A stretch of DNA of 51,957 nt, counting the filler, from Bipalium vagum (lineage: Eukaryota): the NCBI GenBank assembly GCA_037834085.1. It is 3 parts of 3 records of this genome, joined end to end, with 100 filler letters (N's around TTAATTAATTAA, not from the genome) between each part and the next. Parts side by side here need not be neighbours in the genome. Positions count along the whole stretch, not along the records: positions 34,375 to 51,957 come from JBBMKC010060581.1; 2 more parts are not named here. One strand, written 5' to 3'. The position numbers and the translations under genes were made by a program. Shown one piece after another: positions 38,201 to 49,841 of this stretch; positions within the stretch are counted from its first letter, which is position 1, and each line of letters opens with the position of its first letter. Below the pieces are notes generated by a model. That model was not told the origin of the DNA. It saw nothing but the letters and a program-made list of their open reading frames with translations, and searched no databases.

Positions 38201-41200
38201 CACTTCGAAATCAAAAATATATTGATGATTTCAAAAGTCGGAAAGATGAAAATTTTATCAAGTAATTCATAATTTTTCTACATGGTAACCTTTAAGATTA
38301 TAACTTAAAATGAATAAGAGGAATCTTATGTAATATATCTTGAAGATAATTAATATAAAAAAATCTATTCATAAAAATATAAATTTTATCAGAAAAATTA
38401 CAAGTTTCAGAATACTCATGCTGATCAATAAAATGCTTTTTTGATAACACTGGATTGGCAGTTATATTAAAATTAAAATATATTTCAAATAAGAACAGTA
38501 AATATCGACAAAATGCTCTTGAAACTCCAGAAAAAACAGCCTGTACTACTCAATAGAAAGAGAGTGATTCTTTTGCACGACAACGCTCAATCGCAAGCTG
38601 CACGTTTGTCCTTACAAAAATTAAACCGGTTGAGATACGAAACCCTGCCTCATCCAGCTTACTCACCAAACCTTTCACCAACGGATTATCATTTTTTTAA
38701 ACATCAGCAGAATTTTCTGAAGGATAAATGTTTCAGAAATCAAGACGATGCCAAACAAGCCTTCAATAATTTTATCGCTACCAGAGATTCGGACTTTTAT
38801 ACAAATGGCATAAATAAACTTGTGACTTGTTGCCGAAAGTGTATTGATTCAAATGAATCTTATTTTGTGTTTAGCTGTGTTTTTTTATTAAAATATAAGC
38901 TTCAGAGGTCTATATTAAAAAACGATATTATTTTTTGTGCAACTTAATAATAGATAAAATAATCTATTTTTTTTATAAATTATACAGAAAGATTACTCCT
39001 TTTCTTGTAAAAAATAATATTTGAAAATCTGATAAAAATAATTATTATTAATATAATTTATTTTTTAAAATTTGATCATTTAGTGAAATTCAAAATCAAA
39101 AATTATATTCTTTCATAATTTATTAACAATTGTAAAAATTTTGTTGGGTTAATGTTGTGTATTTCATTAGAATAGGAGTATATTACTTTGCCATAATTCA
39201 TTTTCCTCCAAGTTCACGTATCTTTTACTATTGTGACCGTTTTGGACTATTGGAACATTTTGAACATCATTTTTGGAATTATCATTGTTATTATTAATAT
39301 AATTTTGATTATTATCATTATTGTTATTATTATCATTATTATTAACTGGCGTTGAGTTCAAATTAGACTTTGAAGAAGATTTCCGAACAATTTTTGGAAT
39401 ATGATTCATTTTCAAAGCCTTATCGTTGGATAATTGGATCAGATTTGATAATCTAAATATATATTAATTCTACATGAAATTTAAATAAATTCTGACAATC
39501 GAAAAGATGGAGGGAAACAATTTCAATAAAATTTCTATAATGAGAAGTGTCATTTATTTTACCTCAAAAAATATATATTGTTATATATTTATTATCGATT
39601 AAATTCTTAATAGTGATCAAAATATGTTCCATATCTTGATGAGAAATGTTAAACAATAAGTCAGTGTAACCTTTCAAATGTCATCATCAGAAAATGATCT
39701 TTCATACATCGTTCAGATGATCTCTATTTGCGTAATCATTACCACCAATAAGGCCTTTGAATTCAAGAGTTATTTATAGTAATTTATTTACATTAATTTA
39801 TTCATAAAAAAATATTATTTAAAGTATAAAAAAGATTCAAAAATAATGCTTAATAATTCAAATTTTCAAAATAATCTTTACTCTGTAAAGTAAAAATAAA
39901 AAATGATTTTATCAATGTTTGGAAGCACGCAAAATGGTGAGTTTTTAGGAAATAAGGTCTTTAACAAAGATGGATTTTGAATTCAACTAGTCTTTCGCCA
40001 TTTTTATGAAAATTGATATTTATTTATACATTTTATTATACTTTTTTTTAGAATTTATTAATTATTAGTGTCCCTTTGCTTAATGATAACAAATAAAAAT
40101 TCATTTAAAAAATAATAGACAAGTATATAAATTTATTAGGTTCTCCGAAAAGAAACCTGCGATTTTGCAAGTACTATTTTAATTGCAGTTATTTGATATT
40201 AAAATAGTTTCTTATAAATAAAACTAGAATTAAAAACTAGGTGGATTTTTAATCGATTATTTGTTTAAATAATATCGTAGCTAGATACATTTTTAATATT
40301 AAATATAGATGCACAGAAGACACATTAGACAATGTCTAATGGATGAATTTGACCATGGGTCTAGTGCAAGAATTACTCACCTAAAGATAAAATAAATTTA
40401 TGGAAAAAATTGATTTTAACTGCAAGAAGACCAATACATGGAAAGACGTATCTGTTGTGTGTACGGTGGGATTGAAAGAGAATTGTATATATAGAGATGC
40501 TTAAATATTCCTAAACTTTTGACTCAAATTATTATTACTGAACCGATGGCTGATGCAATCTTGCAAAGTCAAGTAGACTTAGTCAATAGAAAGATGTTAT
40601 CCTCCTTCAGATAACGCTAGACCACAAACCTCCAAGGTTACTCAAAAAAAGATCAGTGACTTGGGCTATGAAGTGTTGCTTCACCCAGCTTATAAGTCCT
40701 GGTATTTCGTCATCAGGTTATTATCGTTTTTTCTCTCGTTAGCACTTTCTTAAAGGAAACAAGTTTGTTAATAATGATGAGATAAAATTGAACTTGCAAT
40801 CTTTTTTTGATGAAGTAGGCTAAATTTTTTACCTATGGTATCCAGTCCTTGGTGGAAAGATTGTAGATGATTGTCAATAATGATGGTGATGTTATTTTAT
40901 ATTAAATACGTTATTTTAAAACTACTTTCTGATCGCCGTTTTCTTTTTGGTAAACTAAATAACTTTCAGACGGAGTATTAATATTTGTAAGCTAATTCTG
41001 CTGTTTACCCGTGCAAGTGATATAATAGAGCGGATTCTTTAATAATAAAATATTACTGATTCCTCTTTTCTTGCATTGATGACTTTCTTTTCATAAGCAA
41101 ATTTATTTTACTATGAATGATATCCTGTTCCTTTGACAGGGAGAAATATTGTTCAACTGTATGTGACAAGGGTTCAAGTTGCTTGACCACTCCGATTATC

Positions 41201-44200
41201 GCTGCACTTGACGAATTCTTGGCCATTCTCACCAGTAACGATTTAAGATTATAATACTCTGCTATTGTTCCCTAAAATAATAATATTTATCAAAACTAAT
41301 AAATAATATTATCAAAGAGTGAAGAACAATTGTAAATATTATGATGGTGCTTTTGATTTTTTTGAAATTTTCTCGGAAGAGTGGTAAAATATATTTATCT
41401 TAAAAAGCAGCCAATAGAATAATTTTCTTTAAAACCATATCTTTTCAGAATGGATATATAAAAAGCTGAGAAATTTTTCATTCGTTGTGCAAATCTTTAA
41501 TGTTTCTGCGCTTCTCTATCAGAGGTATTATTTAACATTTTTTTGAATGTTGTAAAACAAAAGAGCAAACTATTTATTAAATATTATTTACTAAAAGCTT
41601 TTCAATTATATAATTTCTATCCTATTACACACTCGTTAGCACCTTTAGCACATTCTTTCCACTAAACTTTGTTGTAAAATGAACGAAGTTGCTTAGCAAA
41701 AAATATGTTGATGTTCCAATTTTTAATACTTCATGAGGGAATTGTTACCCTGACAATTTGATGGTAGATATTTTTTATAGAAATATATTGAGCCATTACG
41801 AGACCCTAAATTAAAAAAAATCACGAGTTTAATTTGACTTTAGTAAGTTATAATTTATATAATTATCCAAAATCTTCTTTTTGGTTTCAGACTCCATTTT
41901 ATATTTTATATTTGTATTAAAAAAATTTATTGATAATAGATATTTTGGTAAAGATAAATTAAAAAAATGATTATTGGAAGTATAAATACATTACTTCTAG
42001 TTGATCATTGGTCATGCCATTTAAGATGCATGGTATTTGAAAATTCTCTATTTTGAACAAAAGCTTATTCAAATGAGACAATTCTTTGTTGACTCGTTCC
42101 TGCTCACTAGCCAGAGACATTAGTTCACTGCGAATCCAAGAATCATTCATCAGATTTAAGTCTGAAGATTCATCTTCACATTTTGGAGATAAACATTGTG
42201 TACAGGATTTTTTGTTCTAATCAATCACCAATATTAATCAAAAAAATTATATTTCTTTTTTACAAATTTTGTAGATGACAAATATGGGTTGAGTTAAATA
42301 TAGAAAATTCGGTGCAAGTTTAGGAAGATTTTTCTTAAAATTAGAAATTTTTTTAACTAATCAAATGACTGAAATCATAAAATTGCGTATCATTAATGAC
42401 ATGAAATTTCAATATAATTTTCTGTTAAAACTTCTAAGAATATGCTTATTGTTATTCTAAAAAAATTTAAATGACCCAGTAATCAAAAAGAAAGAATCAG
42501 ATAATTACATTTTTCTAATCAATTAATTAAAATCGATAGTAATTAATTAATTTATTTCTGGTAAAAATGTTTTTATTATTTTCTCGGACATTTGATTCTG
42601 CCTCACTGTAGGTCACAGAATATGTATTTTTAACTGTAAGACTTTTTCGGTTTTAATAAAACCGAGAGGGTATTTTTAATTAAATAATAATTTTAATAAT
42701 TATATTTGTATAAAAAATGAATATTTTGAAGTTTTTATAAACAAATATAGTTATTTTAATTTATTTATTCACCTATTACAGTTCATCATACGGAGGTTTT
42801 GACCTGAGATTTCAGTATAATTCGCAGTTACCTTGTTAGGTCAAATATAATCAGCACTAACACACAAAGAAATTGATGAAAATCATAAAGATGAAATAAT
42901 GAAATTTTCAACTAATACTTTATTTCTTTATGTATACATGAAATAAAATGTTGGTATTAATTATAAAAAATACCATATCTAGATATATGAAAATGTAAAT
43001 ATAACAAGTCAAATACCGTTTCAGAATCATTGTAACCTTCGACTTCATTAACTTTCTCCTCTATGGCTCTGATAATAGAAGCTATTTCTATTATTCTGGT
43101 AATACCCTTCACACAACCCTCTCCGATGTCCATGTTGTTTATTGAATCATAGCAGTGTTCTCTACTATTATCCATAAATAAAGATTGCTGATCAATTCCA
43201 GAATCAGATCGACCAAGTCCTACTCTACAGGAAAAGTCTGAAGCAAAGTAAATGAACATTTTTATTCTAGTCTACATTTTATAAATGGCAATACAGAAAA
43301 ATAAAATTTGTTGTAACAGGAATCTCAATTAAAAATTAAAAGATAATTCACAGTATGTTAAAATTTTAGAGACAAATTTTGAGTTCTCTATAAATGTGGT
43401 TCTCAGAAAGTCTTGAGATAATTTTAAAATATATTTTATTATATTGTTAAATATAATTTTGTAAGTGAACAAGGTACAAAAATATTTTTTGGTAAAAATA
43501 AAATAATAATTTCAATTTTATTTTCTTAAATTCACAAAATTGTAAAGTAATAAAAATGAAGGAAAAATAGTAAGTCGTGCTACAATAAAACTCGCTTATT
43601 ATTAGTATTATTAATATTAATATATTAATAAATAAATTTCGTAATTTTTCCTTTTTAAAATTTTTTTTCTTAAACGATTTTACAATAAATAAATTTTAAT
43701 ATGATTGGTCTTTTTTGTATACATACATGGTGTGGATAAAAAGTCCTTAGACTCGTACATAAATAAAAAAGCTATTGAACGAAACTTTGTATTTAAGACA
43801 AGTAAACTAAATAGATAAATACTTTACCACTTTTCTATATAACCCCCTTCTGCTTCCAGACATTGATTAATCACAGAAGAGAGACCCTTTTCGAAGAAAG
43901 TAGTAGGCTTTTCATTGGAAAAAATCATGAACTATTCGTATGAGATCATCTTTAGACTCAATTCTCTGACCTTGCAAATATTTCTTTAAGTGATGAAACA
44001 AGAAAAAATCACTGGGAACCAAATTAGGACTATAAGGTGGATGTGAAACCAGCACAAAGCCTTTTCCCATATGATATCTGTATGAACTGGAACCCTATGA
44101 AAAGAACTAGGTTTTGATTTTTTGGCTTCTGTCACAGCTTTTTCAGATCACTAAGCAGTGTACAGTAGTAGTAAGAGTCAATTTTTCCTTGAACAAAGTC

Positions 44201-47200
44201 AATTTTGATCAAACCTTTTGCATCCCAGAATACACTGAGAGTCATACATTTCCGGTAAGATGTCCCTGAGCGAAGCATGTTTAGTTCACTTTCCTCAGGG
44301 AATACCCATTCACGAGAGTCAAACATACTGTATGGAATGTAAAGACTCAATGGAGTCTCGTCCTCGGTTACAATATTCTTCAACAGAATGAAACAGGTCA
44401 AGTTTTTCTTGACATGCTTTCATTCGCTTTTGTCGCATCTCCGCTGTCAAAAATCGTGGCACAAATCTGCTACATAATTTGCCTACTCCAATACTCTTTA
44501 GTATGTTCTGCTCAGTCTTCTTGCTTAAATTAAGTTTAGTTGAAAGTTCTCTCTGGGTTATTCGCCTCTCTTTTACAATTTTTCTAAATTTTGTTCCTCA
44601 GTTTCTGTAGGTCATCTACTTTTTTTTGTCAAACACATTGTTCCTGTCACAGGGAAACTGATTAAATTGTATACAGTCGCCTTGTATTATGCTTCATTTT
44701 CATATGCTTCCTCTACTTGAGAAATAATTTCCTTCTTTTCGGTCTTCTTCAATAGCAAAAACCGTATAACGCTTCGGAATTTCACTTAATGATACATTTT
44801 ATTTCAAAAAGACGAACAACAAAAGCTTACCAATTAAAACAAATATAATAATACTTACTTATATTTATTAATTTATTTATTTTTAAAATTTCATGAAATT
44901 CTTAATTTTATTTCTGTACGAGTCTAAGCACTTTTTGTCCACAACACGTATATTCCACAGAAAATAAGTGAAACAATTAATTAATTAAAAATTAATAAAT
45001 TATATAATCATAGTTCTGGCCTTGGACCAACCATTGATTTCTGCTGTTTGGATTATAAGCATCAATTTTTCATCGCACGTGACTATGCGACGTATAAAGC
45101 GTTCATCGGTTGGATTATTTAATAATTGACGACATACAGTGTTCAGCTTGACTTAGCGTCAAATCATGCGGTACTTCAGAAACGCGCTTGTATCGGTTGT
45201 TATGTTGATGTAGATGACGAATCACGAATGGTTGTGATGTTCCAGTCTCAACCGACAATCTAAGCGTACTATTTGATAGATTCATTTCTACGGCTTTGAG
45301 AATAGCTTCCAAATCTACAAGGGTGGGATTTCCACTGCGAGGATGTCCATGTTACCCTTGTTGAATTTTTATAACCAATTTTGAGCAGTTCTTATGGACA
45401 CTGATTTGTCGCCTTCAACTTCACATATTTTCTTTGGAGCATATATGGCTCTGAAATTCTGCTACAGTAATGTTTCAAAAGTATACGGATTGCAAACTTT
45501 ATCCATGCTTTTTTCTGAATAAATATATATATACAAACTACATATAACGTAATATAATTAAAATTATCTTATACGTCTCTTTCTTAGCTTTCAAATAGTG
45601 TGCAACTTGTTAATATTTAAACAAATAATATATTTAAAATTTGATTTTAAAGTTTATATAGAAAAACTGCACGAACTTGTGAATCAACCCAATACATATA
45701 CGAAAAGGTTACAATAATGTTTCCAAACACTTATACTATTTTCCCAATCAGCTTACCCCAATTAAGTAATCAAGATGTCGAAGAGAAAAATCTTAACATT
45801 ATTAAACTATTATCCCATTTGTCACTTAAGTAAGATCATAACGCTTCTTAATTATCTTGGTTTTCAGAAATAAATTCTTTTAATCTGCTCCATATATCTT
45901 TTTAGTATTGGAAAATGTCTCCACAATTTCAATTAAATTAAATATCTAAAAAATAATTTTTGGCATCCTAAGATTTTCATTATAAAGATTATGTGTCAAT
46001 TATTATACTTGATCTCGGAGCACTTTTATTCAAGATTCACTTTATAAAAGTAATTGATTTATAAAAAAATTCGATATATATGATTGTGTATGAATATCAT
46101 TTTAATTTAAATTCTAATCAATAGTGCTTTTCATTATCTTATTCTTTGGTCAAACCCTCACGAATTATCCTCTTTAGAGCTTTTTAAATAAATTTTTATG
46201 ATTAATATATTTATTGAATAAAATTCTGCAAATTTTGTATTGCACAATAAAATAGTGCCATCGTTGTCTTGTTGAGTATTTATTATCATTTTATTATCAT
46301 CATTTCAGTAATTACACAAAATATATTAGAATTTATTAAATTCTGCTCACATAAATCATATATTAATTATTTGTTAATTACTGTCAAAATCAAATACAGC
46401 TTCACACCTTATATTGATGAATTCTATCTTTACCATCATTTTCTTGATTTTAATATTAGGCTGTAAAGAAATTAATGGCGGTTTTTATGACCTCGTTTTT
46501 GCATTATGAATTGTTAAATGAAATTTTGATATTATTAATATAAATTTTTTATATCTTAAAGAGAAATCTTTTAAAAAGGTAAGTCAACAAATTGTATTTT
46601 CCCTTATTTTTAGCAAGTTTCATTATGAATCTACTACAATAATCTCACAGACCCACATTTGGAAACAATTGCTTATATTTTCTTTTATGACTTACATCTT
46701 ATTTAGTATACTATTACTATTAATAGATAAAATGGGTAACATATTAGGTAGATATATGAAATAATCTCTTTTTTCAGACTTAGTCTATCTTATTCTTCTA
46801 CAAGATTTCCAAATAAGTTTAAAATTTTTATGCTACTGTTTGAATTCCAGAAATGACGCTTGTTTGGCTCGTTGAGGTATATATCATCTGCAAAGACTGC
46901 GAATATTAAAAAGGACCATTCAAAAATTTTGAAACAGATATCGGAATGAAGGTAATAATATTGACAAAATAATTAGATCCGGCCGTTCTTCTAAATTTAC
47001 AGACAGACAAAAATCATCTCAGTTTGTAAATATAAAACAAAATCTTTTTAATTCGATTTCCAAACTCGGAAAAGAATGAATGCAAAATGAGAAATTAAAT
47101 TTTTCAATTACAATAAAAAAAATAGTACTTAACTCTGAATACAAATCATACTATCCTTTCATTAGAATTCCTCTTGTTCATTATCACAGAATGAATAGGT

Positions 47201-47950
47201 TATAATGGGCTCGTGAGCATCAATATTTGGTTGATGAGTCGCAAAATATCTTATCAACAAATAAATCCAGATTTGAGCTAGATTTTAATGATAACTAGAC
47301 AATTGAAAACCGAATGCTTTGCCGATTGGTGTATTCTAGAACACTGTCGTTGTGGAGGAGGCTGTGTAATGGTTTTGGCTGATATATGGTGAAATAACCT
47401 TACAGAAATGGTTGTTATTCCATATACGATGATGGGTAAATGCTATTTAAATGAAATTTTCCTCCCACGTGTCTTAACAATTGTTGAAAAAGAAAAAAGA
47501 CCAAATTTGTGGGAAGATAAATCATAGTTTTTAACCCATGAAAACGCCCCTCCTCATAATGCAAATATGAGGTCTTAGTCAAAAATTCAACAAATATTAT
47601 TTTGCATGCACCATATTTTCTAGATATGTCACCTTGTGACATTTTTCTGTTCAATTGATTAAAGAAACCACTTCGAGGAACCAGATTTGATTCGGTTGAA
47701 ATAATAAAACAAAAATCGAAAGACAAACTTATGAACATTCCGAAAAGTACTTTCTAGATTGGATTAAACATTGGCGCATGTGTATCGTGACGTGAGAAGA
47801 GTATTTTGAAGGAAAGAAAATAAATTTTGGTGATTAAATAAATATTGTTTTAATTTGACAGTCACCTTACTTTTAAAAAATAAAATATAGTTCTTACCGA
47901 AATCATCCAGCATACCACCGTACATTATCCCTATGGTTTTCTGTTGATTT
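35291..47950 (-). CDS. Uncharacterised multi-exon protein (at least about 580 aa, 5'-partial)
   Basis: Phase-consistent GT-AG exons in transcript order: 47950-47898, 43237-43017, 42216-41995, 41805-41749, 41271-41112, 39754-39708, 39418-39187, 37066-36898, 36849-36600, 35614-35291. They join into one stop-free frame. A further 5' exon (50992-50891) and two extra 3' mini-exons (to about 35107) are possible. No family recognised. Confidence 0.65.
37560..37830 (+). mobile_element. Mariner N-terminal fragment
   Basis: RFKSDNFNMNDKGRLGYPK resembles the mariner motif RFxSGDFxLEDxxRSGRP. Confidence 0.5.
38500..38947 (+). mobile_element. Mariner (DD34D) transposase C-terminal fragment with right TIR
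   Basis: VILLHDNA...LPHPAYSPNLSPTDYHFFKH...GINKLVTCCRKCIDSNESYF; ends ttttgtgcaacttaa|TA. Confidence 0.9.
40310..40975 (+). mobile_element. Degenerate mariner transposase catalytic fragment
   Basis: Remnants YLLCVRWD*KRIVYIEML, NARPQTSKVTQKKISDLGYEVLLHPAY and IVNNDG, with many stops and frameshifts. Confidence 0.8.
43726..44948 (-). mobile_element. Near-full-length inactive mariner element with about 43-bp TIRs and TA duplication
   Basis: TA|catggtgtggataaaaagtccttagactcgtacataaataaaa ... ttttatttctgtacgagtctaagcactttttgtccacaacacg|TA. Transposase remnants FVPRFLT, IVTEDETP, MTLSVFWDAKG and HPPYSPNLVPSDFFLF. Confidence 0.93.
45010..45692 (-). mobile_element. Mariner 5' half (HTH through the first catalytic Asp) with TIR
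   Basis: TIR cacgaacttgtgaatcaacccaa|TA at 45670-45694. Remnants HPRSGNP, VIRHLHQ, EVPHDLT and RRIVTCDEK. Confidence 0.82.
46850..47410 (+). mobile_element. Degenerate Tc1-like transposase fragment
   Basis: Remnants RSGRSSKFTDRQ, HRMNRL*WAREHQ, ILSTNKSRFEL and GGGCVMVLA. Confidence 0.65.
47420..47875 (+). mobile_element. Mariner C-terminal fragment
   Basis: HENAP, HAPYFLDMSPCDIFLFN*LKKPLRGTRFDSVEIIKQ and HWRMCI..EEYFEG. Confidence 0.8.
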
Positions 47951-48338
47951 CTGAAATAAATAAAAAAAACATAAGATAACCACTTAAACTTGTTTCATTT
48001 GAAGTTTGTCAACGATTCCAAAGAAAATATTTTAAAAAACATGCAAAATGTCAAAAATTTCCTGCATAATTATTTCTTTAATTTAGGGACATTAATGAAG
48101 ATTTAATTAAAAAAATAATTTGTAGAGAGAACTAATTGAAGTACTTCTTGAATGTGACATATACCATGATCAGTTAAGATTTCATTCTTTTTCAGTTTTC
48201 TCATGATATTTACTATGGTATAACATTACTTAAAATTATTGAACCGAAATAACTGTTTATTTCATCATTGTCTATGTGCAATAATATTATTGATACAAAT
48301 GAAGATAATTTTTCCAAAAATGATTAATAAATCTAATA

Positions 48339-49841
48339 TCAAGCTGGTGCAAAATTAATACAGGTTGGTGATATTCATACTTTCGCAGTTAAGCATTTAA
48401 ATTATAATGAAAAATTATCATAAAATTTGTTTCTATGTATCATTTTAATGATAACCATATGACCTTTTTTTAATTACTCATCAATAAAAAATTAATAAGC
48501 ATTATATCTGTGTATCTAACTTGAAAGAAAACATACAACTTGACAACAACACAATTCGAGTAAAAATTTTTTCATCAGAAAAGAACCACAGCATGTTTGG
48601 ATGACCAGGATGCTTGATTTTGTTTAAGTGACACTTCGAGCGAATTAAAAGATTTTCTTTGCTTTTTGCCGATACAAAATTTCTTCTTGCATTTTAAATC
48701 ATTGTGTATCGTTTGTCTTACTGTAGACTCAGAAACCGATAGTCGATGGGTAATTTTTCTTTTTGATGTTCCGGGACTTTCATGAACAACAACCTGGACT
48801 TTTTGAACATAATTAACACTTCTGACAATGTCTGAACGTGAGGAATGTGTTTTTCTTTTAGATATAGAGGAAACATTTCGATCAGATGCCAAACATTCCT
48901 TTATAATTTTATTGACAAACGATCTGGCCACATTAAGAAATTTGGAAATTTCTAATTCAGTGTCCGGCGGTTAATGCAACAATAACTGCATGCCTTTTCA
49001 TTTCTTGTGTTAATTCAAAAGTTATCTCTTCCGTTTCTAAATTTAAAAATAATTATTTAATAAATATTGCAAATCAATTTTAGCGCCACTAAAAAAATTA
49101 TCTTGATATATTTTAACAATTTTTGTCCTAAAAAATCTGACGCACCCTATACGTCGTTGTGAGATCTGTTCCTCATTTATTAAACAGAATGAAAGAGGTC
49201 CATTTCTCGATAGTATTATGATATGTGATGAGAAATGGGTTCTTTATGACAACAGTAAGCGTTTTGCTCAATGATTAGACAAATATCAGTTCTAGACATG
49301 ATTATTCAAGACAAATGTTCACTAAAATAAAATCATGTCAACTGATTGGTGGAATTTCAAGGGCATTATTCACTATAACTTTCTGAAAACAGGTGAGACT
49401 ATCACAGCAGTGAAATATTTTCAAGATCTCAAAAGAATGCACTAGAAACTGAAGTCTTTATTTTGCATTTGTCAACAGAAAGAGCTCAATCCTTTTGCAC
49501 GATCATGCCTGACCACTTGTTGCACAAAAGTTGCAAAAAAATATCAGAGTTGGGTTTTGTGAAATTCTTCCTCACCCAAATTCTTCCTCCCCAACAGGTT
49601 ATCACCTGTTTATACAATTTGATCAATCACGCAGTAAAAACTGCTCAAAGACAGGGACACTGTCGAAAATTCTACTCAAGCTTTCGTGGACACCAGATCT
49701 CAAGACTAAATAAGCTTGTTTCTGGTTGACAACAATGCGTAAAGTCTAATGAATCTTATTTTGATGAATAAAGTTTGTTTTTAACAGTTAATTTTTTAAA
49801 ATTATTACATAAAAGCCTGTATTAATAATGCACTAACCTGA
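48339..49841 (+). mobile_element. Mariner element with both TIRs, interrupted by a nested maT fragment
   Basis: TA|tcaagctggtgcaaaattaatacagg ... cctgtattaataatgcactaacctga|TA. The transposase from 49151 reads RRCEICSS, FLDSIMICDEKWVLYDN, WWNFKGIIHY, LHDHA, EILPHP and NKLVSG*QQCVKSNESYFD. Confidence 0.88.
48570..49147 (-). mobile_element. maT (DD37D-type) 5' fragment nested in the mariner
   Basis: ORF 48575-48931 (ARSFVNK...RKTHSSRSD...PGTSKRKITHRLSVSESTVRQTIHNDL) resembles the N-terminal remnant of the 4390-5543 element. One TIR, gtcctaaaaaatctgacgcaccc|TA, is present. Confidence 0.78.

Noticed and set aside
39550-41810. Apparent in-frame stops and frameshifts suggesting a pseudogene or stop-codon recoding in the minus-strand gene
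   Set aside because: Earlier GT donors (41748, 41111, 39707) give a stop-free, phase-consistent model. TOP2, SIN1 and ABCG2 all use the standard code.
42647-42665. Palindrome tcggttttaataaaaccga
   Set aside because: Short, AT-rich and single; expected by chance at this base composition.
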